63,342 nt of DNA, filler included, from Myxococcota bacterium (GCA_049322255.1; 3 parts of 3 records of this genome joined end to end with filler, not necessarily neighbours in it); one strand, 5' to 3'; numbered from the whole stretch's first letter, positions 30,890-40,904 are shown. Program-made: numbers and translations. Notes: generated from the sequence alone by a model not told the origin.

Positions 30890-33800
30890 ATGTTTGACCG
30901 AATCATCCAGTTCTCGCTTCGCAACCGCCTCTTCGTCGTCGCCACGGCGGCGCTGGCGCTCGTTTACGGCGGGTGGGTGATGGCGAAGCTGCCGGTGGAC
31001 GTCTTCCCCGATTTGAACCGGCCGACGGTGACCGTGATGACCGAGGCAGGCGGCCTCTCCCCTGAAGAGGTGGAGACGCTCGTCACCCTGCCCATCGAAG
31101 TGGCGATGAATGGCGCTCCGGGGGTGAAAAGGGTGCGCTCTTCCTCCGGCGTCGGCCTCTCCGTAGTGTACGTGGAGTTCGACTGGGGCACCGACATCTA
31201 TCTCGACCGGCAGCTGGTGGCGGAAAGGCTTCAGGTCGCCAAAGAACGGCTCCCGACGGGCGTCTCCCCGGTGATGGCGCCCGTCTCCTCCATCATGGGA
31301 GAGATTCTCTTGCTCGGAATTCAGAGCGAGGGAAGCAAAACCTCGCCCCTCGACGTTCGGGCGCTCGCGGACTGGGTGGTGCGCCAACGCCTGCTCACGA
31401 TTCCCGGCATTGCTCAGGTGACGGTGATGGGCGGCGGGGTCAAGCAGTACCAGGTGCACGTCGACCCCCAGAAGCTGCTCGCCTACGAGCTGTCCCTCGA
31501 AGAGGTGGAGAAGGCGGCCGCCCTTTCCCAGGGCAACACCACCGGCGGCTTTCTGGAGCGGAAGAGCGAGGAGTATCTGGTTCGAAATCTCGCGCGGACT
31601 GCCTCCATCGAAGACCTGGCGAAGACGGTGGTCGCCTACAAAAAAGGCGTGCCCATCTTGCTCGAGCAGGTCGCCGACGTCCGCCTCGGTCCGCAAGTGA
31701 AACGCGGTGACGGAGGCATGAACGGCGAGCCCGCGGTCATCATGGCCATTCAAAAACAGCCGGGCGCCAGCACCATCGAGCTGACCCGGAAGGTCGAACA
31801 GGCGATTGCCGAGCTCCAGAAGAGCCTGCCCGCGGACGTGAAGCTGGCCACGCTCTTCCGGCAGGCGAACTTCATCGACGCGGCGATCGGCAATGTGCTC
31901 GAGGCGCTGCGTGACGGCGCCATTCTGGTCATCATCGTCCTCTTTCTCTTCTTGCTGAACTTCCGCACCACCGCCATCACCCTCACGGCCATTCCCCTGT
32001 CCTTCATCATCACCGCGCTGGTGATGAAGGCCTTCGGAATTTCGGTGAACACCATGACCCTCGGAGGGTTGGCCATCGCCATCGGTGAGCTGGTCGATGA
32101 CGCGATCGTCGACGTGGAGAACGTGTTTCGAAGGCTCAAGGAGAATCGGCAAAAACCGAGGCCCGAGCCCATCCTCACCGTCGTCTATCGGGCGTCGTCC
32201 GAGATTCGAAACTCCATCGTGTTCGCCACCGTTCTGGTGGTCCTCGTTTTCATCCCGTTGTTTGCGATGAGCGGCATCGAGGGCCGGCTCTTTGCTCCCC
32301 TGGGCGTGGCCTACATCGTTTCGATTCTCGCTTCGCTCGTCGTGTCCCTCACGGTGACGCCGGCGCTGTGCTCCTACCTGTTGCCCAAGGCGAAGCTCAT
32401 GGAAAAGGAGGAGGACGGCTTTCTCGTTCGCTGGCTCAAGCGACAAGAGACGAAGGTGCTCGAGGTCGCCCTCGCGCACCCCTACCAGGTGATGGGGGGC
32501 GCGGCCGCGCTGGTGCTCTTGGCCGCGGCCAGCGTGCCGCTCCTGGGGCGAGTGTTCATGCCGCCCTTCAACGAAGGAACCGCGACCATCAATGTCCAGG
32601 CGCCGCCCGGAACGTCGCTGGAGGAGTCGAACCGCATCGGGACAGTGGCCGAACGCCTCATCCAATCTGTTCCCGAGGTGATCTCCGTCGGGCGCCGGAC
32701 GGGACGCGCGGAGCAAGACGAGCACGCGGAGGGCGTCCACTATTCGGAGATTGACGTCGACTTCAAACACCGCGGGCGCGAGCGCGAAGAAGTGCTCGAG
32801 GACGTGCGGCACAAGCTGGAACAGATTCCGGGCATCTCCATCAACGTCGGGCAGCCCATCTCCCACCGGCTCGACCACTTGCTCTCGGGCATTCGCGCGC
32901 AAATCGCGGTGAAGCTCTTCGGTCCGGACATGGACGCCTTGCGCACGAAGGCGGCGGAAATCCAACGTGTCATGTCCGAGGTGCCCGGCATCGTGGACTT
33001 GCAGACCGAGCAGCAGGTGTTGATTCCGCAGCTACGTGTCCGCATCAAGCGTGAAGAGGCCGCCCGGTACGGCGTCCAACCGGGCGCGATGGCGGAGCTC
33101 TTGGAGTCGGCCTTCAACGGGAAGGTGGTCGCGCAGGTCCTCGAGGGCCAACGCACCTTCGACGTCCTCGTGCGTTACCAGGAGAAGAGTCGCAACGACG
33201 TCGACGCCTTCCGCAGTGCGTTGGTGGACACGCCGTCGGGAGCCAAGGTGCCCCTGGCCAGCATCGCCGAGGTGGTGGATGGAAGCGGGCCCAACATCAT
33301 CAACCACGACAACGTGCAGCGGCGCATGGTGGTGATGGCCAACACCTCGGGCAGGGACCTGGGGAGTGTCGTCGCCGACGTGCAGCAGCGCATCGGCGAG
33401 TCGGTGAAGCTCCCGGTGGGGTACTTCGTGTCCTACGAGGGTCAATTCGAGAGCCAAAAGAGCGCGACCCGGCTCATCGCCCTTCTTTCCCTCTTCTCGC
33501 TCGCGGGGATGTTCCTCGTCTTGTACTCGCACTTCCGCTCGGTGCGAACGGTCTTTCAGGTTTTGCTCAACATTCCCCTCGCGCTCATCGGAAGCGTCGT
33601 CGCCGTGTGGCTGACGGACCGAACGCTCTCCATCGCCTCGCTGGTGGCGTTCATCACCCTCACGGGCATCGCCGCGCGCAACACCATCATGATGATTTCC
33701 CACTACATTCACCTGGTGCGGGAAGAGGGGGAACAGTTCGACGAGAAGATGATTGTCCGAGGCTCGCTGGAGCGGATGGTGCCCGTGTTGATGACCGCGC

Positions 33801-34000
33801 TCACCTCGATGCTCGCGCTGGTTCCCCTGATGCTGGCCAGGGGTGAGCCGGGTAAGGAAATCCTCTATCCGGTAGCGGTGGTCGTCTTCGGCGGTCTCAC
33901 CAGCTCGACGCTGCTCGACATGATTGTCACCCCCGCCGTCTTCTGGAAGTTCGGCCGACCGGCGCTGGAAAAGTTTCTCGCAGAAGGAGGTTCGTCATGA
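30890..34000 (+). CDS. czcA: CusA/CzcA family heavy-metal RND permease
   Basis: 1036 aa; motifs PVDVFPD, GELVDDAIVDVEN, GIEGRLF and PVLMTA. Confidence 0.95.
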   Translation: MFDRIIQFSLRNRLFVVATAALALVYGGWVMAKLPVDVFPDLNRPTVTVMTEAGGLSPEEVETLVTLPIEVAMNGAPGVKRVRSSSGVGLSVVYVEFDWGTDIYLDRQLVAERLQVAKERLPTGVSPVMAPVSSIMGEILLLGIQSEGSKTSPLDVRALADWVVRQRLLTIPGIAQVTVMGGGVKQYQVHVDPQKLLAYELSLEEVEKAAALSQGNTTGGFLERKSEEYLVRNLARTASIEDLAKTVVAYKKGVPILLEQVADVRLGPQVKRGDGGMNGEPAVIMAIQKQPGASTIELTRKVEQAIAELQKSLPADVKLATLFRQANFIDAAIGNVLEALRDGAILVIIVLFLFLLNFRTTAITLTAIPLSFIITALVMKAFGISVNTMTLGGLAIAIGELVDDAIVDVENVFRRLKENRQKPRPEPILTVVYRASSEIRNSIVFATVLVVLVFIPLFAMSGIEGRLFAPLGVAYIVSILASLVVSLTVTPALCSYLLPKAKLMEKEEDGFLVRWLKRQETKVLEVALAHPYQVMGGAAALVLLAAASVPLLGRVFMPPFNEGTATINVQAPPGTSLEESNRIGTVAERLIQSVPEVISVGRRTGRAEQDEHAEGVHYSEIDVDFKHRGREREEVLEDVRHKLEQIPGISINVGQPISHRLDHLLSGIRAQIAVKLFGPDMDALRTKAAEIQRVMSEVPGIVDLQTEQQVLIPQLRVRIKREEAARYGVQPGAMAELLESAFNGKVVAQVLEGQRTFDVLVRYQEKSRNDVDAFRSALVDTPSGAKVPLASIAEVVDGSGPNIINHDNVQRRMVVMANTSGRDLGSVVADVQQRIGESVKLPVGYFVSYEGQFESQKSATRLIALLSLFSLAGMFLVLYSHFRSVRTVFQVLLNIPLALIGSVVAVWLTDRTLSIASLVAFITLTGIAARNTIMMISHYIHLVREEGEQFDEKMIVRGSLERMVPVLMTALTSMLALVPLMLARGEPGKEILYPVAVVVFGGLTSSTLLDMIVTPAVFWKFGRPALEKFLAEGGSS

Positions 34001-34455
34001 AGTCCGCCGCTGTCGTCGTAGCGCTCACGCTGCTCACCCAAGGTCCGGCATTTGCCGAAGAAGGTCACTCGCACAAAGCGCCCCACGGCGGTCAGGTGAA
34101 AGAGGTCGCCAAGCACCACCTGGAGGCGCTCGTCAAAGACGGAAGCTTCTTCGTCTACCTCTTGGACGAGAAGGAGAACACGCTGCCGCCGCCCAAGGAG
34201 GCTCGCGCCGTCCTGCAGATTGGAAAGGCGAAGCACGAGCTGAAGCTTACGGCCATGGCCGATCACCTCATGACAGCGCTGGATGACGATGCCCAAAAGC
34301 AGCTCGCGCAGGCCATGGGCAAGGCGGTGGCCATCGTCACCCTCCACATCGACGACAAGCCGCAGAGCGCGCGTTTCAAATTCAGCGGAGAGTCCCCCAA
34401 GAAGGCCGAGCACGAAGAGCACGAGCACGAACACGGGCACGACCATCACCACTGA
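33997..34455 (+). CDS. Periplasmic His-rich putative metal-binding protein
   Basis: Signal peptide; HSHKAPHGG...HHLE module; C-terminal HEEHEHEHGHDHHH. Confidence 0.8.
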   Translation: MKSAAVVVALTLLTQGPAFAEEGHSHKAPHGGQVKEVAKHHLEALVKDGSFFVYLLDEKENTLPPPKEARAVLQIGKAKHELKLTAMADHLMTALDDDAQKQLAQAMGKAVAIVTLHIDDKPQSARFKFSGESPKKAEHEEHEHEHGHDHHH

Positions 34456-34468
34456 TGACCGGACGCAG

Positions 34469-35926
34469 ATGCGAAATCCACGCGAGCATTCATATCGACT
34501 GGTGGCAACCCTTGGCGCCCTCGCCCTGACCGCCGGGGCGTGCAAAAAAGAGCCACCGCCCGCACCCAAGCCGGCGGTGGCGGAGAGCTCGCCGCGCCAC
34601 TCAGCGACCGAGCACGCGCACACCTCGCCCCGCGGCGGCATCGTACGCAGCACGCCCACCGGGCATCTCGAGCTCCTCGTCGAGAAGAGAGGGCTTTTCA
34701 AGGTGTACGTCCTCGATGAAAAGCTGGCGCTTCGGCCGGTCGAGGGGCTCGAGGGGAAAGTGCGGCCCGCCATTCCCGGCTACGCCGAGATCCAGCTCTC
34801 ACCCAAGGAGGGCTACCTGGAGGGGACGGGTGCGCCTTTGGAGAAAGAGCACTTCGCGGCGCTGGTGGTGGTCTCGGCGGGTGAGACCTCGGAGATGGCG
34901 CGGTTTGGCATCCACTTGGAGGCAGGAACGGGAGAGCACCCAGGCGGCCATGGGCATGCACACGCCCAAGGAACGCCCGCGGCGCGGCGTACGGACGGAG
35001 ACAGCATCATCGGTCGGCTCATGGACTCCACCTGTCTGGCCCGAGGCGAGCAACCGACGGCGGAGCACGTCGCCTGCGCCGTCCGCTGCATTCAGAACGG
35101 AGCGCCCATCGCCATCGTGGAGGACGAGACCCAGCAGGTGTACATCGCGGTCGCCGAGAAGGGGAAGTCGGTCAAGGACATGCTCCTGCCGTACCTCGGG
35201 CAGCGCAGCGAGCTCTTCGGAAAAGCGCTCAAGCAGGGTGGGACGCAGCTCTTCATGGTGGAGGAGATTGTTCCCGAGCACGAGCACAGCTCGCACCACG
35301 GCGGCATCGTGGCGATGATGGGCGACACGCACATCGAAGTCCTCGCCCTCAAATCGGGCGAGGTGCGCCTCTACGTGACCGACGCCTTCCGCAAGCCCGT
35401 TTCTCTTACGGGCATGAAGGGCACGGTGGAGTTGCAGAGCGGCCAGACGCCTGTGCGCACCGCGCCGCTGCTCCCGGATGAGTCGGGAGACTTCCTCCAG
35501 GCCAAGTTCGAGCCAACGACCGAGCTCCAGGTGGAGGCGACCATTCGGCTGCCGCTCAAGGAGGACCCTTCCTACTTCATCACCTTCATGCTCGAGCCGC
35601 GGGAGCTCGCAGCCTCTCCCGGCCGACCCACCCAAGAAGTCTCCGCCGATGTTCGCGCGGGCGTGCAAGAGGTGCTCATCAAGGTTCAGGGTGGCTACGA
35701 GCCAAGCCTGGTCTCCCTCAAGAAAGGTGTTCCGGTGCGGCTGCGGTTCTTGCGGCAGGACACCGGGGAGTGCTCCCGCGAGCTGAAGATTCCCGCCTTC
35801 GACGTTCACACCGAGCTGACGCCGATGAAGGAGACGGTGGTCGAGCTCACCCCGAACAAGGCGGGCGAGTTCGCCTTCAGCTGCGGAATGGACATGATGA
35901 AAGGCCGGCTGGTGGTGAAGGACTGA
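34469..35926 (+). CDS. Multi-domain lipoprotein: two His modules, a Cys module and a C-terminal cupredoxin-like domain
   Basis: Lipobox AGAC; HAHTSPRGG...HLE and HEHSSHHGG...HIE modules; DSTC...HVACAVRC; C-terminal GGYEPS...C...FSCGMDM. Confidence 0.82.
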   Translation: MRNPREHSYRLVATLGALALTAGACKKEPPPAPKPAVAESSPRHSATEHAHTSPRGGIVRSTPTGHLELLVEKRGLFKVYVLDEKLALRPVEGLEGKVRPAIPGYAEIQLSPKEGYLEGTGAPLEKEHFAALVVVSAGETSEMARFGIHLEAGTGEHPGGHGHAHAQGTPAARRTDGDSIIGRLMDSTCLARGEQPTAEHVACAVRCIQNGAPIAIVEDETQQVYIAVAEKGKSVKDMLLPYLGQRSELFGKALKQGGTQLFMVEEIVPEHEHSSHHGGIVAMMGDTHIEVLALKSGEVRLYVTDAFRKPVSLTGMKGTVELQSGQTPVRTAPLLPDESGDFLQAKFEPTTELQVEATIRLPLKEDPSYFITFMLEPRELAASPGRPTQEVSADVRAGVQEVLIKVQGGYEPSLVSLKKGVPVRLRFLRQDTGECSRELKIPAFDVHTELTPMKETVVELTPNKAGEFAFSCGMDMMKGRLVVKD

Positions 35927-35944
35927 CTGCCACGAGGGAAGCTT

Positions 35945-37615
35945 CTAGCCCTCGTCCAAATCGACCAGCACGTCGACTTCGTCCGTCGCCCGCGTGAAGA
36001 AAGCGGCCCGCGCAGCGGTGCCTTCTGCTCCTTTTGGGCAGCTGCCGGTGAGGAACAGCTCCCGGAGAAGCTCACCCGCACCTTGCGGTCGCGAAGCGGG
36101 GTCGGCGCTGACGGCGGAAACGACGAGCTTCTCCAGCTTCGGCTCGACCTTGGGGTTCAGTCGCGAGAGGGGGACCGGCCCCCGCTGAACGGCCTTCACC
36201 AACTCGTCCGGCGTTTGGCCCTTGAACGGTTGAGCTCCGGTGAGCGCCTCGTAGAGCAAAACCCCCACCTGGTAGACATCGACCAACGGCGAGGTGGGTG
36301 CACCCAGATAAAGCTCCGGAGCGAGGTAGGGCAGCTTGGCGGCGAAGCCGGGCGTCTCCGACAGCTCGGGGATGTTGGAGGAGGCCACCCCGAAGTCGGT
36401 GAGCTTCACCGTCCCTTCCCGGGTGAGCAACACGTTGGCCGGCGTCACATCGCCGTGGATGATTTCCAACGGCGCGCCCGACAAGGATGTGAATCCATGA
36501 CAGTGTTCGAGCGCGGCAAGAACCTCGGCGGCAATCGAGGTCACCGCCTCCACCTGCGGGGGAGTGCCGCTTTGCAGCTGGCGCCACAAAAGGCTCGCCA
36601 ACGACTTGCCCTCGACCAGCTCCAGGGCAATCCAGTGCTCGTCGGCGAAGGTGAATGCCGTGAATGCGCGAGCGATGGACGGGTGGCTCAACATACGCCC
36701 GAGGTCAGCCTCGGTGAGGAACCGGTCCTTGACGCCGGGGAGCGCCGCCGCCTCGGGTCGCAGCCGCTTGAGGGCCACCGGCTGGCCGGCGAGCTTCCCT
36801 TCTGCCCACTTCCCTCGGTACACGTCGCACATGCCTCCTCGCCCGATGAGCGAGCCGAGCTCGAAGGCGCCGACCCGCACACCGTGGTGAACCGGACGCT
36901 GGGTGGAGGGCACGCGCCGCGGTGAGAAGAGATACCCCCGGAGCACTTGGGACAGAAACTTCAGGTGCTCCCGAGAGAGGTGAAAGCGTACCCCGGCATA
37001 GTCCTGAGTGGGGGTACGGCGGCACCAAACCGCTTCCGCCGGCACTCCGGCCATCTCGCCGTCCAAGGGGCTCACGAGAATGAGCTCTCCCCGAGCCCCG
37101 CTGGCCGGCACGTTCTCTCCCGAGAGGAGCGAGCCGGCTTCGCTTAAGTTCACCACCGTCACTCGCCTCGGCACGGCGCCCGCGACCTCTGCCCGCCAAA
37201 GCCCCTCGGTCTTGAGCTCCAGTCGGCGCTTGAGCCGCCGCCCGTCGGAGACCATCAAGAGGTGGAAGAGCAGCGACTGGTAGGCGGGCACCGCCCGCGG
37301 GTCGATGCGGGTGATTTTCAAACCGGTGAGGTAGGCCCCGCTGTCCTTCGAGGCGCGTACATGCTCGACCCGCACTTGCAGCGGCACCTCCCTCAAGCCC
37401 TCGGGCGAGGAGAGGACCAAATCGAACACCTGGCCCGGCGCGAGAATGTCGCGCGCGGCGATGGCCAGCCCGTCGAAGGAGAGGTTCACCGCCCGTTCGG
37501 GGATGAAGGTCGACCCCACTTTGCGCATCACCGGGACGTCGACGAGAAACCGAGGAAAGCGGCGGCCGTCCGCCTCGGGCAACGCAGGGGAAAAGAGCTC
37601 GTCTTCCCGTGACAC
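35945..37615 (-). CDS. Tandem PilZ-domain Ser/Thr protein kinase
   Basis: RRFPR...NLSFDG and RRLKRR...NLSEAG PilZ motifs; kinase motifs IGRGGM, VALK, HGDVTPAN, DFG and YLAPE. Confidence 0.88.
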   Translation of the reverse strand: MSREDELFSPALPEADGRRFPRFLVDVPVMRKVGSTFIPERAVNLSFDGLAIAARDILAPGQVFDLVLSSPEGLREVPLQVRVEHVRASKDSGAYLTGLKITRIDPRAVPAYQSLLFHLLMVSDGRRLKRRLELKTEGLWRAEVAGAVPRRVTVVNLSEAGSLLSGENVPASGARGELILVSPLDGEMAGVPAEAVWCRRTPTQDYAGVRFHLSREHLKFLSQVLRGYLFSPRRVPSTQRPVHHGVRVGAFELGSLIGRGGMCDVYRGKWAEGKLAGQPVALKRLRPEAAALPGVKDRFLTEADLGRMLSHPSIARAFTAFTFADEHWIALELVEGKSLASLLWRQLQSGTPPQVEAVTSIAAEVLAALEHCHGFTSLSGAPLEIIHGDVTPANVLLTREGTVKLTDFGVASSNIPELSETPGFAAKLPYLAPELYLGAPTSPLVDVYQVGVLLYEALTGAQPFKGQTPDELVKAVQRGPVPLSRLNPKVEPKLEKLVVSAVSADPASRPQGAGELLRELFLTGSCPKGAEGTAARAAFFTRATDEVDVLVDLDEG

Positions 37616-37644
37616 GACTCGATGTTATTCGGTTTGGAGCCTCG

Positions 37645-39348
37645 TTACTGCGGCTTGTGCTTGTAGACGAAGACCCCGGAGCCCCCTCCGGCGTGCTTGA
37701 AGAAGACCACCACCCCGTATTCGGGGATGGCAGTGGCGACGGTGGTTTGACCTCCGTAAACGTCGGTGGTCGAGAAGGCGAAGTCGATGCGATGGGACAC
37801 CCAGGTGTCGGAACCGTACAGGTGTTCGTAGAAGGTGTCCGCCGGCGTCTTGGGGAAGAGCAACAGGTTCCCGGTGGCGGGGTCGACCACCGTCACCACT
37901 CCGCTGACGGCGAACGGCGCCGGCGTATCGGCCAGTCGGGTGACGGCGCCCGACTCGTCCAGCTTGAAGAAGGAGCGTGTCCGAATCGTGTTCCCGTCGT
38001 TGTAGATGTCGCCGCCGCCGAAGAAGAGCACCCGGTGCACGGGGCTGTAGTCTGCCACCTCGTGGAAGTTGCCCATCACGACGTTGGTGGGGGTGGAAAG
38101 CTTCTGCCACTGGGTGCCCGCGAGGTCGAAGCGGTAGAGCTCGGTCGTTCCGTTCGAGCTTCCGCGCACGAAGACGAGCGCTTTCATCTCCCCGAAGTAC
38201 TCGAGCGCGTTGCAGCAATCTCCGTAGTCATAGGGAATGTTGGGTAGCGCCTCCCAGCTTCCCTTGAGCACCGAGTAACGCCTCACGTCGTTCGATGAGA
38301 CGAGGCGGACGAAGTAATCGCCCGTGGCGGGGTCGAGGGCGGCGTGGTCGTACGAGTGGAACCCGATGTAAAACGTCGGGGTGGGAAGCTCGGTCCAAGA
38401 GTTGGTCGCCTCGGAGTATTGCACCCACTTTTGGTTTCGCACGCCATAGGCCGCGCTGTTGCCGCGGGCGGTGCCGATGATGAAGACCCGACGGCCCACC
38501 GGGTCCCATTGGGCTTCGTTGGTGAACTCCAAGATGCTGCCGTCGTCCACGCTTTTGAAAATGGCGCCGCCTTGGAAGTCATTGGTCTCCAGCTTGGCCC
38601 ACGTTCCCGGCTGCATGCTGGCCGCCAGCGTTCCGAGCGGGGTGGGGGAGCTTTGTGCCGGAGTGGTCACCGAACTGGGCGAGGAAAGAGCGGAGGGGTT
38701 TCCCTGCGCGTCGACGGCGGCCACGGCGTAGCTGTACGTCGTCGCCGGTGACAGTCCGCCGTTCATGTAAGAGGTGGTGCTCGTCGAGCCGACCCAAGCA
38801 CCGTCTCGGTAGATGCGATACCCCACCACGCCCACATCATCGACCGAGGGCGACCAGGAGAGCCGAGTTTGATGAGGCGCAAGGGCGACGGCTTGCAGGC
38901 CCTCCGGCACGGTCGGAGGCGTTACGTCGCCCGTCCCCGCTGGCGTGTATTGGACGGTGAGAGAGTCGGATGACGAATTCCCTTGGGCGTCGGTGGCGGT
39001 GACCGTCACCAGGTTGTCCCCAGGCTGAAGCCCCATCTCGGAGACGCTCCAGCTGGAGGTGCCGGTGGCCACGCCGGTGCCACCGCGGTCGTTTTTCCAG
39101 GTGACGTCTGCCACTTCTCCCGTTGCCGTGCCAGCAAGCGCGAGCCGCGGGTTGTCGGTCGCGTGTGTCGGCTCGATGGTTGGTTGGGAGATGACGACCT
39201 CGAGGACCGCCGAGGTGCTCTCTTCGGTAGGAGGCTGCTCCGCCAAGCCGATACACCCGCTCGCCGCGCCCAGTGTTGCGCAGGCCCTGAGGATGATGAC
39301 GGCCAGGGGCCTCGGGGAGAGCCGGTTCACGCTCGTTGCCGCCGCCAT
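37645..39348 (-). CDS. Exported protein with Ig-like and fibronectin type III domains and a kelch-like propeller
   Basis: RBS AGGAGG; lipobox-like ASGC; FN3 signature DVTPPTVP..W...DDVGVVGY..Y..A.D..GN.S; Trp-rich repeats in the C-terminal half. Confidence 0.82.
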   Translation of the reverse strand: MAAATSVNRLSPRPLAVIILRACATLGAASGCIGLAEQPPTEESTSAVLEVVISQPTIEPTHATDNPRLALAGTATGEVADVTWKNDRGGTGVATGTSSWSVSEMGLQPGDNLVTVTATDAQGNSSSDSLTVQYTPAGTGDVTPPTVPEGLQAVALAPHQTRLSWSPSVDDVGVVGYRIYRDGAWVGSTSTTSYMNGGLSPATTYSYAVAAVDAQGNPSALSSPSSVTTPAQSSPTPLGTLAASMQPGTWAKLETNDFQGGAIFKSVDDGSILEFTNEAQWDPVGRRVFIIGTARGNSAAYGVRNQKWVQYSEATNSWTELPTPTFYIGFHSYDHAALDPATGDYFVRLVSSNDVRRYSVLKGSWEALPNIPYDYGDCCNALEYFGEMKALVFVRGSSNGTTELYRFDLAGTQWQKLSTPTNVVMGNFHEVADYSPVHRVLFFGGGDIYNDGNTIRTRSFFKLDESGAVTRLADTPAPFAVSGVVTVVDPATGNLLLFPKTPADTFYEHLYGSDTWVSHRIDFAFSTTDVYGGQTTVATAIPEYGVVVFFKHAGGGSGVFVYKHKPQ

Positions 39349-39390
39349 CTGTTGAGCCTCCTGGGAGTAGCCAGGCGTTGGTGCAACAAC

Positions 39391-39431
39391 GGATCCCGAT
39401 AAAACCGCGAGGGAATTCCCGGTAGTTACGG
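39391..39431 (-). ncRNA. Candidate structured RNA motif in the 5' leader of the FN3 gene
   Basis: Minus strand CCGUAACUACCG-GGAAUUCCCUCG-CGGUUUUAUCGG-GAUCC forms an irregular hairpin. Family not confirmed. Confidence 0.4.
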
Positions 39432-39506
39432 CCGACTTCCAAGGAGCGGGGGCGAGAGGGAGTGGGGGCTGTTCTCTACAACTGTGGTGGTTGCCCCGCG
39501 CGCGAC

Positions 39507-40904
39507 TTACCGAAGCCACACGGGGTCACCGAGGACTTCGGCCGCGTCGGCGTCGGCACCCAGAAGCGTTTCCTCACCCGAGCGCAGGTCGAAGACGGTC
39601 AAGGTGCGGTCGCCTTCTCCCACCTCCTTCCAGTAGGAGACGCACAGCCCGTCGCTGCTTAAGGCGGGGCGAACCGCATACGGGTACTGGGAAATCTTCG
39701 CCATCGGTATCTCTGCGGAAAGTGCCTCGGCAGGTCGAACCACCTGCGCTGGTCCGAAGAGGCTCAAGTAGCCCACCTGGTCTTGGGGCAGGAGCAAGAG
39801 GGTTCCGGCGCGCTCGATCATCTGCGCATAACTTCGCGCGAAGGCTCCTTCCTTCGGTGCGCGGAACGGATCGAGCTGCGTCCAGGTCGCCCCCAGGTCG
39901 AGGGAACGGAACATCGCCGAACCGAGCTCCCCATCGAATGCCTGGAGCACGCCACCTGAAGAATCGACTTGCACCCGGCCGTACCAATAGGGAACCAGAG
40001 CCAAGCCGGCAGGCGCGACCATGGTGATGCGCTCGGCGGTGAGCGCTTGCACGTCAACCCGCCACAACTCCTCCGGTGGGCCATATGCTCCCAGGAGGAC
40101 GTAGCGCTCGTTCGCTGCGTGGATCATCCAGAGCGCCGCGGGGTTCGCTCCTGGTAGCGGCAGCGAGCGCAGGTCGGAAGGCGTCTGAGAAACGAGCGAG
40201 CGCACCCCGTTAACCTGCCCGATGTACACCAACTGCTCTCCAACCCAGCTGGGCCAGGTCTCGTTTGGGTGGCCGAAGGGGCGTAGCTCTTTCGTGACGG
40301 GGTGGTACCAGCTCGTCTCGCTGACAAAGCCTGGGCCGAACGTCACGGGCACCCAGCCATCAGAAGAGGCGGCGGCGATCGGGTTCAAGCCGGGTAACCG
40401 CTGCTCGGATCCGTCGGGGTGGACCAGAAGACCGTTGCCGTCGTTGAAGTTGAGGGCCAGCGTTCCATTCAAGCTCAGCTGGAGCATGGAGGTTGGTCCT
40501 TTCGTCGCAAGAAGTCGCCAAACCACCTCCCCTTTCCCATTGACGAGAACGAGGTCGTGACCCCACGTGTCGGCCCCAAGTGGAATGTAGGCGTTCGCCG
40601 CAGCGAATTCGCCTCGCTGCACGAGCGGATTGACATCGATCCACTCTGGCTTCGGCGCGTCAGGGGACCCGAATTGATGGATCACCTGCCTGCGGCCGGC
40701 GGAATCGACCGTCACGAGTTGGTCGCCCACCACCGTGACCAGAACCGCTGCGCTTTTCGCAGCGTCCTCGAAACCACACCCTTCCCTCGACGGGGGAGGG
40801 GACACCTCCGATGGAGGCGTCGGTTCAGGCACGGTCGCCTCCACCGGCTGAAAGCAGGCGATGGCGAACGCGAGAAGCGAAACGGCGATGAGCGGACGGG
40901 ACAT
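39507..40904 (-). CDS. Hypothetical lipoprotein, probable beta-propeller
   Basis: RBS AGGAGG; lipobox AIAC; Pro-rich linker; Asp-box SLDLGATW. Confidence 0.75.
   Translation of the reverse strand: MSRPLIAVSLLAFAIACFQPVEATVPEPTPPSEVSPPPSREGCGFEDAAKSAAVLVTVVGDQLVTVDSAGRRQVIHQFGSPDAPKPEWIDVNPLVQRGEFAAANAYIPLGADTWGHDLVLVNGKGEVVWRLLATKGPTSMLQLSLNGTLALNFNDGNGLLVHPDGSEQRLPGLNPIAAASSDGWVPVTFGPGFVSETSWYHPVTKELRPFGHPNETWPSWVGEQLVYIGQVNGVRSLVSQTPSDLRSLPLPGANPAALWMIHAANERYVLLGAYGPPEELWRVDVQALTAERITMVAPAGLALVPYWYGRVQVDSSGGVLQAFDGELGSAMFRSLDLGATWTQLDPFRAPKEGAFARSYAQMIERAGTLLLLPQDQVGYLSLFGPAQVVRPAEALSAEIPMAKISQYPYAVRPALSSDGLCVSYWKEVGEGDRTLTVFDLRSGEETLLGADADAAEVLGDPVWLR

Noticed and set aside
29639..32965. 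Long antisense ORFs (1108 aa here; also 15198-17657, 7175-8851, 41277-43067, 19898-21493)
   Set aside because: Shadow or alternate frames of well-supported genes in high-GC DNA, with no motifs of their own.
39360..39460. Plus-strand GGGAGTAG ... GGCGAGA resembling a yybP-ykoY Mn riboswitch
   Set aside because: Wrong strand for the flanking genes, no convincing P1 pairing and no Mn-related gene downstream.
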